Assembly: GCA_030599585.1 (NCBI GenBank)
Contig: JAUVNS010000012.1
Span: 64,001 to 128,000 of the forward strand
Direction of reading: 5' to 3'
Source: Promethearchaeota archaeon
Lineage (GTDB): Archaea > Asgardarchaeota > Lokiarchaeia > Sigyniarchaeales > SOKP01
DNA length: 64,000 nt
Shown here in pieces: positions 9,610 through 18,282 of this stretch (its first letter is position 1; each line of letters begins with the position of its first letter). A model generated the notes under the pieces. It made no database searches and had not been told where the DNA came from. It saw only the letters and a list, made by a program, of their open reading frames with translations. A program made the translations under genes and the position numbers.

Positions 9610-11049
9610 TCAAACCTTTTGAGTTGCTTTATAATCGCCAATCATTTCAATAATATCTATTACACTCCCATTTTCAATCAAAGCTTTCAAACGCTTCTTT
9701 TTCTCTATTTCAAGTTCATAAGGGAACGTCTCAATTATTTTCCTAACTTGGGTCAGTCCAAGATATTTTCTTGTATAATTTGCGTTAGAGTATTTATATG
9801 TTGTTAGAAATTCGCTATCCAACTTCTCTCTAAAATGTTCCAATAGGATATTGAAGTAATTCCGTAATAGAAGCTGATCGTTAAAAGTTAATTCTGGAGT
9901 AAGAAATACCTGTATAGGATGGGTGCGATAAGTATTTCCAGACACATAAATCCCATCAACTCCAAAATGTTCCTTAATAATTCCTAATCCTGCTCTTCCA
10001 TCAATTGATCCCGTATCAACAGTTCGGGCGTAAAGAATATTTCTATGCAACATCTCTTGTAAATTTTTGTTTACTTTGAGAATCAACTTTCTATAATGAG
10101 TATTTTCATATTTATTAGCATCGATGACAGAGATCTCAAATGGGCCTGAATTTTTTAAAACTTCATCGTGCTGTAAATAATATCTAATTTTTAATGGATT
10201 ATGCGTAGCATGCTCTTCTAAAAATTCATCAAAATCAGAACCTGCTCGATATTTATATTTCGGGGTTAAGTGATATTCTCTGTTCAAAAATTTGTTTTTC
10301 TTTTTAAATTTAATAGCTTTGAAAGATTGAATTTCATCCTTTTGTTGCGTTTTTCTATTAAAGAAACTAATACAAATGTTTGTTCCCGTAAACTCAAACA
10401 TACTAGTTTCAAATATAATCATTTTTGCTATTACATAATATTTTAAAAAATCCTGCCGAACTTTATTAGAAACAGATGCACCAAATAAGAAATTAGAGGG
10501 AATAACATAGATTAGATTAACTATCTTGTTGCGTAAATCATTAATCATAGCAATTTGATATAAATCCTGATATCCTGCATTCTCGTTTTTAAAATAGTCC
10601 AAATAATTTTGGGTTTCTTTGTGCTTCTTTATGTATCCTAAATATAAGTATGGTGGATTTGTTATGTGAAATATAGGAAATTTCTTACGCTTTATTATCT
10701 GAGGAAAACTTTCTAGATTATCGCGTAATTTAATATTTGTACGTGCAATCTCACCAGAAATGCCATATGATTCAGCATTAGAAATACATCTTTTAACCAT
10801 TTCCTCTTGTACATCAGCTAAAAAAATATGATCCTTGAAAAAAGTTTCTCGCTCATCGGACGGAATTTCTCTCAGTATTGGTAAGATTAAGTTGCCCTCT
10901 CCGGCGTATAGGTCTGTCCAAAGATATTCCCAAAGATTCGTTTTTATTTCGGGAAGAATATATTTATAAAAAATATCTAAGGATGTCAAGTGTTGACCAT
11001 ACTTGCGTCTGTTCGCTTTTTTCTCGATATCTTGTGTTTTATTCCCCAT
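9610..11049 (-). CDS. N6-adenine DNA methyltransferase (gamma-class motif order), apparently orphan
   Basis: GQHLT (motif X), DLYAGEGNL (motif I), ITNPPY (motif IV), YQDLY, IPSNFL. Confidence 0.85.
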   Translation of the reverse strand: MGNKTQDIEKKANRRKYGQHLTSLDIFYKYILPEIKTNLWEYLWTDLYAGEGNLILPILREIPSDERETFFKDHIFLADVQEEMVKRCISNAESYGISGEIARTNIKLRDNLESFPQIIKRKKFPIFHITNPPYLYLGYIKKHKETQNYLDYFKNENAGYQDLYQIAMINDLRNKIVNLIYVIPSNFLFGASVSNKVRQDFLKYYVIAKMIIFETSMFEFTGTNICISFFNRKTQQKDEIQSFKAIKFKKKNKFLNREYHLTPKYKYRAGSDFDEFLEEHATHNPLKIRYYLQHDEVLKNSGPFEISVIDANKYENTHYRKLILKVNKNLQEMLHRNILYARTVDTGSIDGRAGLGIIKEHFGVDGIYVSGNTYRTHPIQVFLTPELTFNDQLLLRNYFNILLEHFREKLDSEFLTTYKYSNANYTRKYLGLTQVRKIIETFPYELEIEKKKRLKALIENGSVIDIIEMIGDYKATQKV

Positions 11050-11225
11050 TTTTAAATATAATATTATGTTTTTAGCTATTTTTTAATCTAATAGGTTTTA
11101 GAAAGAATTAAGTTTAAACTCGAAAATTGGTCTCCATTTTTTTTAATAGAATATTAGCATTAGTTTATTATAAAAATATTGAATTAATGTCAATTAAAAA
11201 TGATTAAATAATAACGTGAAATAAT

Positions 11226-12470
11226 ATGAGTGAAACCGAGAACAAAGTTGTAAAGAACTATATCGCTCAAGTTAAACAAAAACTTCCTGAATGGTTAAAA
11301 TGGAAGGACGATGAATTAAAAGACGTACTTGAGGATTTAAAAGCGCAATTATATGGTGAAGCACGAACTATTTCTCAAGGCGAAGAATTAACTGACGCAG
11401 ATTTACAAGAAGCGATCCGTAGAATGGGTACACCGGAAAGTATAGCTAAATTGTACAAAAACCGTGGCACACCCAAATTCTTTCTTACGCAGGAACTTTT
11501 TGATTTTTACTTAAGATCGTTGTTTTTCTTCTTTGGAATTGTTATTTTTATTAACATCATTGTAGGGGTTTTCCAATTCTTTTTTAGAGCATGGTGGGAA
11601 GTTTTAGGCGGAATTCTATCTGGTATTTGGATCGGTTGCCTTATAGCCGCCATCGTAATAACAATCGTTTTTGTTTACTTTTCGATGGAAGGATTTTTAC
11701 CAGAAGATTTTGGAATTATACCTAGACGCTTAGCGATTCTATTCCCTTTTAGCTTTACTGAAGAATACATGGATGAAACAAGAGCTTATACTAAACAACG
11801 CATAGAAGAAGCTAAGTTACTTGGAAAAGAAAAGCTCGCAGAAGCAAAAATACGAATAGAGGAGAAATTCGCTGATAAGAGAATTCAAAGAGAAGAGAAG
11901 CGAGTCGAAGCTAAAATACTTCGGAAACAAAAATTAGAAGAAGCAAAGGCATTAAGAAAGCAAAAATTAAAGGAAGCCAAGGAGAAAAGGGCGTTTAAAA
12001 AAACTCAACCTATCACAATTGGTGAATTAATATTTGGCACTACAGCCGGAATAATTTTCGGCTTACTTCTGATACTCCAACCTTTTTCAGTCACGGGGTT
12101 GATGCAACCAGCTTTCTTAAATTGGCTTTATTACTTTGGGCTTTTGATTTTCGTGAGTGGACTAATTAGTTTGATTAGGCTCGTAATCGGAGTTAGTAAT
12201 TATACAGGTCAACAAATTTTCCTAGTAATTGGAGCTCTTTACAAGCTTTCATACGTCCCATTGTTTGTATTTCTCCTTAACGAACCGCAGATTTTTCCAA
12301 TATATATGTTTTCAGGAGGAGTTATATCTTCCATACCATCTGATCCGTCAAGTATTATCTTCATTATATATTTCGGGGTAATAATTTTAATAATTGTAGG
12401 TATTTTTGGTGGTATGATCGGGAATTTTGTGAAAGTTGGAAAGTATTCCAAACTAAAAAAGGCTTATTAA
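11226..12470 (+). CDS. HAAS-domain membrane protein with charged coiled-coil insert
   Basis: N-terminal Y+..+...LP....++.DL..+...A+..MGTP..+A pattern followed by TM helices; paralog of 12608..13633. Confidence 0.75.
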   Translation: MSETENKVVKNYIAQVKQKLPEWLKWKDDELKDVLEDLKAQLYGEARTISQGEELTDADLQEAIRRMGTPESIAKLYKNRGTPKFFLTQELFDFYLRSLFFFFGIVIFINIIVGVFQFFFRAWWEVLGGILSGIWIGCLIAAIVITIVFVYFSMEGFLPEDFGIIPRRLAILFPFSFTEEYMDETRAYTKQRIEEAKLLGKEKLAEAKIRIEEKFADKRIQREEKRVEAKILRKQKLEEAKALRKQKLKEAKEKRAFKKTQPITIGELIFGTTAGIIFGLLLILQPFSVTGLMQPAFLNWLYYFGLLIFVSGLISLIRLVIGVSNYTGQQIFLVIGALYKLSYVPLFVFLLNEPQIFPIYMFSGGVISSIPSDPSSIIFIIYFGVIILIIVGIFGGMIGNFVKVGKYSKLKKAY

Positions 12471-12607
12471 AGCCTTCCTTTTTTTTATTTTAATATAATT
12501 TTAATGATAAATTCTATCAACTAATAGATGAGCTTAGATTTTCTATTAATATAATACGAAGAAGTTCAATTAAATACGATAAATAAAAAGAAAAAAAAAG
12601 TTATTTA

Positions 12608-13633
12608 TTATTTATATTTCTGTATCTTAAAGATGTTGTAGATATTTTCGATTGTTGTTAGGCATGTAATCGCGATAATAACGCTAATAATTGCTCTATA
12701 TTCGTCATAAAACTCTACAGAAATCCCAACATGTATCCATGGTTCTGAAAAGAATGGAAAAATCTCAGGACGATTCATTAAAATAACTAAAAGTGGAATT
12801 ACTGAGAGTTTAAGAGGAATTATTATTGCATGCAACACCTGGTGAGTCTTAGGTCGACGATTACCAATTATTCCCCTAGATATATCTAAAGAACCTTCAA
12901 GCATTGTAATTAACCCAAAAATTCTTAAAATCATTAAGAAATCGGGGAAAAACATGTATGTAGGGAAAGGTTGGGATAAAAGGACGATGCCAAATATTAG
13001 GCCAATTCCTCCACCTATAATTTCCCCTGCTGGCTTAATGAAAGGTTTTAAGGGTTGTTTTAGAGTTTGAGAAGCGGGAACTTCCTCTTCAATTTCTTGT
13101 TCCCTTAATTGTTTCATTAATTTTTGTTCTTTTTTAGACTTAAAATCTTCGGGAAAATATCCCTCGTGAGATAAAGCGACGAATACAATAGTAACTATTG
13201 TAAAGGAAAGGAGCAGACCTGATTGAATTCCCGTAATAAGCCCTCCGATTAAGGATCCAAATGAACCGTTTCCTGTGAAAAAACTCACTATTAACCCAAT
13301 TATAACCAATGCTACAATAACAGCGAAAACTGCAGAAAGTGCTTTGATGTATAAAGGCCATAATTCTTTAGTTATATAGTATTTAGGCTCTCCACGTCGT
13401 TTATACTCTTTTACGATATTCTGAGGCGTACCCATGTGATCAATTGCTAACTTAACCGATTTTTCATCAGGTTGGCCAGTTTCTGAAAGTTCTGCCGCTT
13501 TACTCCATAGATGCTCTTCCAAATCCGCCAAAATCTCTTTATGCTCTTTCTTGTCTTTAAGCCATTCAGGAAGATTCTTCCCAATTTCCTTTATATATTC
13601 TTTCACGGAATATTCCATGCTATTTTCATTCAT
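12608..13633 (-). CDS. HAAS-domain membrane protein (PadR partner)
   Basis: YIKEIGKNLP...ILADLEEHL...AIDHMGTPQNIV then TM helices; overlaps padR stop. Confidence 0.8.
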   Translation of the reverse strand: MNENSMEYSVKEYIKEIGKNLPEWLKDKKEHKEILADLEEHLWSKAAELSETGQPDEKSVKLAIDHMGTPQNIVKEYKRRGEPKYYITKELWPLYIKALSAVFAVIVALVIIGLIVSFFTGNGSFGSLIGGLITGIQSGLLLSFTIVTIVFVALSHEGYFPEDFKSKKEQKLMKQLREQEIEEEVPASQTLKQPLKPFIKPAGEIIGGGIGLIFGIVLLSQPFPTYMFFPDFLMILRIFGLITMLEGSLDISRGIIGNRRPKTHQVLHAIIIPLKLSVIPLLVILMNRPEIFPFFSEPWIHVGISVEFYDEYRAIISVIIAITCLTTIENIYNIFKIQKYK

Positions 13634-14159
13634 TTTTTAAACCTCTTTCATCTAATTCTTTTTCTATATAGTGCCCACATACGTCGCAATATTTTGCTTC
13701 TAAATTTTGGATATCAATTTTATTGGCACATGCGGGGCAATAAAGATATTTGTTTTGTTTTAAATGGACACTAACATCGAATAATGGTGCGATTGCTTCG
13801 GTTAGTTTCGAATAAAACCCTGATAAATAATTGTATATTTTCTCCCCGTAAACTGTAATGTAGTAGAATTTTCTCTTCCTTCCTTCTTCTTCTCTTTCAG
13901 ATTTTATTATTCTATCGCCTTCAAGTTTTCTTAATATAGGATAAAGCGTGCCTTCTTCAATTATTAGCATATTATGCGTTTGCTCTAGAAGGTCTTTGGA
14001 GATTTGATATCCGTGTACGCCAGTTTTTCCATATTGACTGATTATCGATAATATACTAAGCGTTGAAGTACCTCGATTTATTTCGGATTCAAACTTGGAA
14101 GCATATTCTTGGAACTCAGTGTCCATTCCTTTTACTTTTTTTATCAATTTTTGTAGCAC
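13626..14159 (-). CDS. PadR family transcriptional regulator with C-terminal zinc ribbon
   Basis: HGYQI, EGTLYPILRKLE, RKFYYIT..G; C-terminal CPAC...CDVC. Alternative start ATG at 14126. Confidence 0.92.
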   Translation of the reverse strand: MLQKLIKKVKGMDTEFQEYASKFESEINRGTSTLSILSIISQYGKTGVHGYQISKDLLEQTHNMLIIEEGTLYPILRKLEGDRIIKSEREEEGRKRKFYYITVYGEKIYNYLSGFYSKLTEAIAPLFDVSVHLKQNKYLYCPACANKIDIQNLEAKYCDVCGHYIEKELDERGLKNE

Positions 14160-14198
14160 CTTTTTTCAAAATAGTATTTATTTTATAGTATCTTATCA

Positions 14199-14219
14199 AT
14201 ACTATATCTGATATAGTAT
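14199..14219. promoter_or_regulatory. Perfect inverted repeat, candidate PadR operator next to the padR TATA box
   Basis: ATACTATATC-T-GATATAGTAT (10-bp arms) abutting TTTATATA on the minus strand (14217-14224); extra ATAGTAT half-sites at 14171 and 14185. Confidence 0.7.
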
Positions 14220-14296
14220 ATAAATCTTGGTATTGTTTATATTTTCTAAAATAAAAATTTATTACTCACCATATTTTCTAAAGAATTAGAATAACG

Positions 14297-15130
14297 ATGG
14301 AATTGTCCAAGAATCTGAGAGGTAAGCTTGAGAATCTTACATCCTTCTTAAGAGATAGAGAAGTAATCGTTGCATTTTCTGGAGGAGTTGACAGCAGTTT
14401 ATTAGCGTTTCTTTCAAATAAATTCGCTAAAAGAGCATTACTTGTAACCGAAAAATCAATCCTTTATCCTGATGAGGAGATTAGATTGACTAGCGAATTT
14501 GCAAAAAAATACAGCATAACCCATTTGATAATTGAGCGTGATCCTTTAAAAGATGAAAATTTTAAAGTCAATCCTAAAAATCGGTGTTACATTTGTAAAA
14601 CAGGCTTATATAAGGACATCATAAAAATTAAGGAAGAGAAGGATTTTGATATAATATTAGATGGGTCAAATATAGACGATTTATCAGATTATAGGCCAGG
14701 AATGCAAGCTCTGAGAGAGTTAAATATTACCACTCCTTATATAGATTTCAAAATAAACAAACAAGAGATTAGAGAGTTATGCAAATACTTTGATTTAGAA
14801 GTTCAGTCGAAACCTTCAATGGCCTGTTTTTCGTCGCGTATACCCTACGATCAAGATATCAACGAGGAGAAATTAGAAATGATTAGAGAGGCTGAAAAAT
14901 TTTTGAGAAATTCATACAATTTAAACCAGTTACGAGTCAGACTCCACGAAGGAAAACTAGCACGAATCGAGCTTATGCCTGAGGATATTATGAAAGTTAT
15001 GACCGATAAAAACATTGAAAAAATTAAAACTAAATTCAAACAATTAGGATTTTGCTACATTACGATTGATTTAGAAGGATTTCGGTCTGGATCACTAAAT
15101 GAAGTCTTCATTTTTAATGGAGTAGATTAA
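14297..15130 (+). CDS. larE: LarE-like ATP-dependent sulfur transferase (PP-loop)
   Basis: AFSGGVDS PP-loop, RCY.CK, DG.N.DD..DYRPG, ACFSSRIPY, RVR.H, GFRSGSLN. Confidence 0.88.
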   Translation: MELSKNLRGKLENLTSFLRDREVIVAFSGGVDSSLLAFLSNKFAKRALLVTEKSILYPDEEIRLTSEFAKKYSITHLIIERDPLKDENFKVNPKNRCYICKTGLYKDIIKIKEEKDFDIILDGSNIDDLSDYRPGMQALRELNITTPYIDFKINKQEIRELCKYFDLEVQSKPSMACFSSRIPYDQDINEEKLEMIREAEKFLRNSYNLNQLRVRLHEGKLARIELMPEDIMKVMTDKNIEKIKTKFKQLGFCYITIDLEGFRSGSLNEVFIFNGVD

Positions 15131-15132
15131 AT

Positions 15133-15990
15133 TTAATGACTTCTTCTAAAATATCCCGCATAAAAAATTACAGCTCCGAGCATACCAAAAAGATCAAAAA
15201 TATACCAGGCACTACTAAAACCAACAATAATAGTAGGAACACTACCAAATGTTTCTGTAAAAATAATACTTGATGATATTCCTTTTGCAATAAAATTAAT
15301 TATTACTAAGAACAATAACATATACTTTCCTTTTAATTTCAACCTAAAAAAATACCAGTATTTATTAGGGCTATCCAGTAGAAGAAACACATTCACTCCA
15401 AGTAACCCTCCTGAAGCTAAACCAATAGGAAAATAAAATATTATGATATTAATATAAGGAATATACATACTCATTAATAGGTTAATTAAACCACCTAAAA
15501 CAGAACAAGCTACAAATAAAAATAACAAAAATTTTGGACCGTATTTATTTTCAATAGTTCTAATAAAATAGTAAGAACAGACTAACAATATGATAAAATA
15601 AGCTAATTCGATTGGGTTAGCAAAGTAAATAACGAAAATTGAGGTGAATATAGTCCAAATAAATGAATCGGAATAAAAACCAGAAGTAAAATGGCTTATA
15701 CACATATAATACGGATAAAAGTAAGCAATTATCGAGGAAATAACTAATACTGCATATAAAACGAGCGTTCCGATAAAAAATCTTTCTCCTTGTACACCTA
15801 TGTCTCTATTTCTACTAAATTTTTCCCTTTTTCGTTGTTTCTCCTTAATTCGCTTTTTCTGATATTTAACATCAAAACTACAGTCATGATTTTCTGGTAA
15901 TCGGTGTTTACCACAAAAATTACCCCCACAATAGCTACATTTAAAGGGTAATGCTCCGGCTTTTTCACCACAAAATTCACAATAAGACAA
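15133..15990 (-). CDS. AN1-type zinc finger fused to rhomboid-like membrane domain (probable pseudoprotease)
   Basis: CEFC...LPFKCSYCGGNFCGKHRLPENHDC (AN1), then ~6 TMs with WTIFTS, E..YG...L and LASG; TM6 His appears replaced (FDLFG). Confidence 0.8.
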   Translation of the reverse strand: MSYCEFCGEKAGALPFKCSYCGGNFCGKHRLPENHDCSFDVKYQKKRIKEKQRKREKFSRNRDIGVQGERFFIGTLVLYAVLVISSIIAYFYPYYMCISHFTSGFYSDSFIWTIFTSIFVIYFANPIELAYFIILLVCSYYFIRTIENKYGPKFLLFLFVACSVLGGLINLLMSMYIPYINIIIFYFPIGLASGGLLGVNVFLLLDSPNKYWYFFRLKLKGKYMLLFLVIINFIAKGISSSIIFTETFGSVPTIIVGFSSAWYIFDLFGMLGAVIFYAGYFRRSH

Positions 15991-16138
15991 ATGATGTCTC
16001 CAAGGTTAATTTTTGAAAAAATTTCTATTTATGTCTTTAATTATATTTCGATTTAAATCTTTTTAAATCTTATTGATGTTTTAAATTTTGAAATAAATCT
16101 TAAGTAGGTATGATTAAAATATAAAGTATAAGGAAGTT

Positions 16139-17533
16139 TTAGGCATTTAAAAGACTCTGCTTTCTAATGTGATCAATTATTTTTTTTCTCTTTTTCAAAG
16201 CTTCTATAGCTGCGTTTTCGATTTTTTTCTCCATTTCTAGCTTCATTTCAGGAGTTTCTTCCCCTATTTCTTGTTTAATTTTAGTGTAAGCCGATTCTCG
16301 AAATTTGGGAAGAATTGATTTTTTCACTTCTCCTTCGTAAATCATATTTACTTGTTTAGAATTGTCTACATAACCAATTTCTGCGCATTTAATATTTCTC
16401 GATGCCAAATCACTAATTATTTGTTCCGATATACTCTCTTCGCAGTAAATTAGAAGCGCATCTAACGATACACCTAAGTAATCAACTCCTACTTTTTTTA
16501 ATAATTCTAACACGGCAGGATTAACAAGCTCTCTTACTCGCTGCTCATAGATTGTTACTCCAGATTTCGCTTCGTAGTTAATTTCGTATAAATCTCCCCT
16601 AAGACCCCCGTTTGTGACGTCACACATTGCCCTTATGTCGCTAAGATATTCTTTTTTTAACAAAACATTACAAGCCTCTAGGAATTTAACATTCATCGTT
16701 TCGTTTACGACATTATGATTTCCCGAATATATGGCTGTTGTGGTTATCGTTCCACCTCCGGCGCCCTCAGTCATTAATATTTTATCTCCAACTTGAATGT
16801 TGCGTCTCGCCAATAATTTGTTTCGAGCAACACCAACCGCACTAATTCCGCCCACTAATCTATTCCCAATAACCATATCCCCCCCTATCCTTAAAGTTGA
16901 ACCAGCAGTTATTGGCACTCCTGATATCTCGGCAACTGCGGAAATTCCCGCCATAAAATCAAACAATTTTCCTACATCTGCGTCATCTGCTAAATGAACA
17001 TCAATCATAATGGAAATTGGTTCTGCTCCCTTAACGTACAAATCTCGCAAACAAGCTCGAGTAACATGAAAACCACAAACGAACGGAAAATCACTAAGGC
17101 GACTATGGATTCCCTCCATTTTTGAGACAATAATAATATTATCAGTTCCACTAAAATTACTCATGTCAGATAAATTAACCGCTCCCGCGTCATCTAAAGA
17201 TGTTGGTGATAAAAATGGTTTTTTTTTAGTTTCTGATAATTCTGCAAGTAATTTATGAACAAAAAAATCCCCTACTCCTCGACAACCAACTCCTTGCTTT
17301 CCAACACTCACATTTGCCATATTAATATCTAATAATTCTTTAATAAACGGTTCTGATATTTTAGAGATATCACTTGTTTTACACTCTGTTAATATGGCGT
17401 TTGCCAATGTATACGCTGACTCTTTGTTGATGTCCTTAAAATCAGTGTATTCTTGAACTAGCCTTTCAAGGATTTCTTCATCAGTTTTATTTTGCGTTAT
17501 TAACCTTCTTGTTAAACCTTCTAAATCACTCAA
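16139..17533 (-). CDS. AIR synthase-related (PurM-like) archaeal protein
   Basis: GVGCRG.GDFFVH, DDAG, G.HSRLS.FPF..GFH..RA.LRD, GSTLRIGGD, DVTNGG.RGD. Confidence 0.88.
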   Translation of the reverse strand: MSDLEGLTRRLITQNKTDEEILERLVQEYTDFKDINKESAYTLANAILTECKTSDISKISEPFIKELLDINMANVSVGKQGVGCRGVGDFFVHKLLAELSETKKKPFLSPTSLDDAGAVNLSDMSNFSGTDNIIIVSKMEGIHSRLSDFPFVCGFHVTRACLRDLYVKGAEPISIMIDVHLADDADVGKLFDFMAGISAVAEISGVPITAGSTLRIGGDMVIGNRLVGGISAVGVARNKLLARRNIQVGDKILMTEGAGGGTITTTAIYSGNHNVVNETMNVKFLEACNVLLKKEYLSDIRAMCDVTNGGLRGDLYEINYEAKSGVTIYEQRVRELVNPAVLELLKKVGVDYLGVSLDALLIYCEESISEQIISDLASRNIKCAEIGYVDNSKQVNMIYEGEVKKSILPKFRESAYTKIKQEIGEETPEMKLEMEKKIENAAIEALKKRKKIIDHIRKQSLLNA

Positions 17534-17913
17534 TAATTAACACCTTTTAGTAGTCTTCAAAAATGGATATAAATTAATCATTTACAGTGCTTATAAGAAT
17601 GATAGAAATAATAAGCTTTTTGTACTGTTTGTCGAAGAATAGAATTTTCTAAATGTTTTATGAATAAAAATAATTTATTGCTTTTAACAAGCAAAATTAA
17701 TTTCATAACTCTATTAAAAATTAAAGCCAATAACGATATATATCTTAGAAATTATTTAATATCTAAAGATTTAATTGTTAATTTCAAAGAATTTAGAGCT
17801 ACCAATCCAATTTAAAAAGATTTTTTATGCTTAATTAATTATAACTAAAATATTTAAATTGCGCTGAATTATCTTTTAATTGACACTAGTGATTATAATA
17901 CCATTGAATTAAA

Positions 17914-18210
17914 ATGTCTAAAAAATCAATTAATAGCAAAGCAAATAAAAACCTTAACACTTCTCTCATAAAATGCTTAACTGAATGTGAGAAGGGGGAA
18001 GAAGTTGTTGTACTACGTGTAAATGCAGGTCGTAATGCAAAAACTCGACTTGCTAATCTAGGCGTTGTTCCGGGTGTAAAAATAAGAAAAACTAAAAATG
18101 CACCTTTCAAGGGACCATTAGAAATAATCGTAAAAGGCTCTTCGTTAGTTATAGGGAGGGGCTTGGCTTCTAAAATTATAGTAGAATGTAATGGAGCTTG
18201 TTTAACCTAA
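17914..18210 (+). CDS. feoA: Ferrous iron transport protein A
   Basis: RLANLGVVPG...APFKGP...V.G....GRGLA; precedes feoB. Confidence 0.93.
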   Translation: MSKKSINSKANKNLNTSLIKCLTECEKGEEVVVLRVNAGRNAKTRLANLGVVPGVKIRKTKNAPFKGPLEIIVKGSSLVIGRGLASKIIVECNGACLT

Positions 18211-18282
18211 TTTTGGATACAAATTAAGGTAAAAATCATTTAAAATTGTAATTTATCTTACAATAAGAACAGTGTGTAAATA

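Noticed and set aside
17534-17913. DtxR/Fur-type box upstream of feoAB
   Set aside because: Only short AT-rich palindromes (e.g. CACTAGTG), not distinguishable from background.
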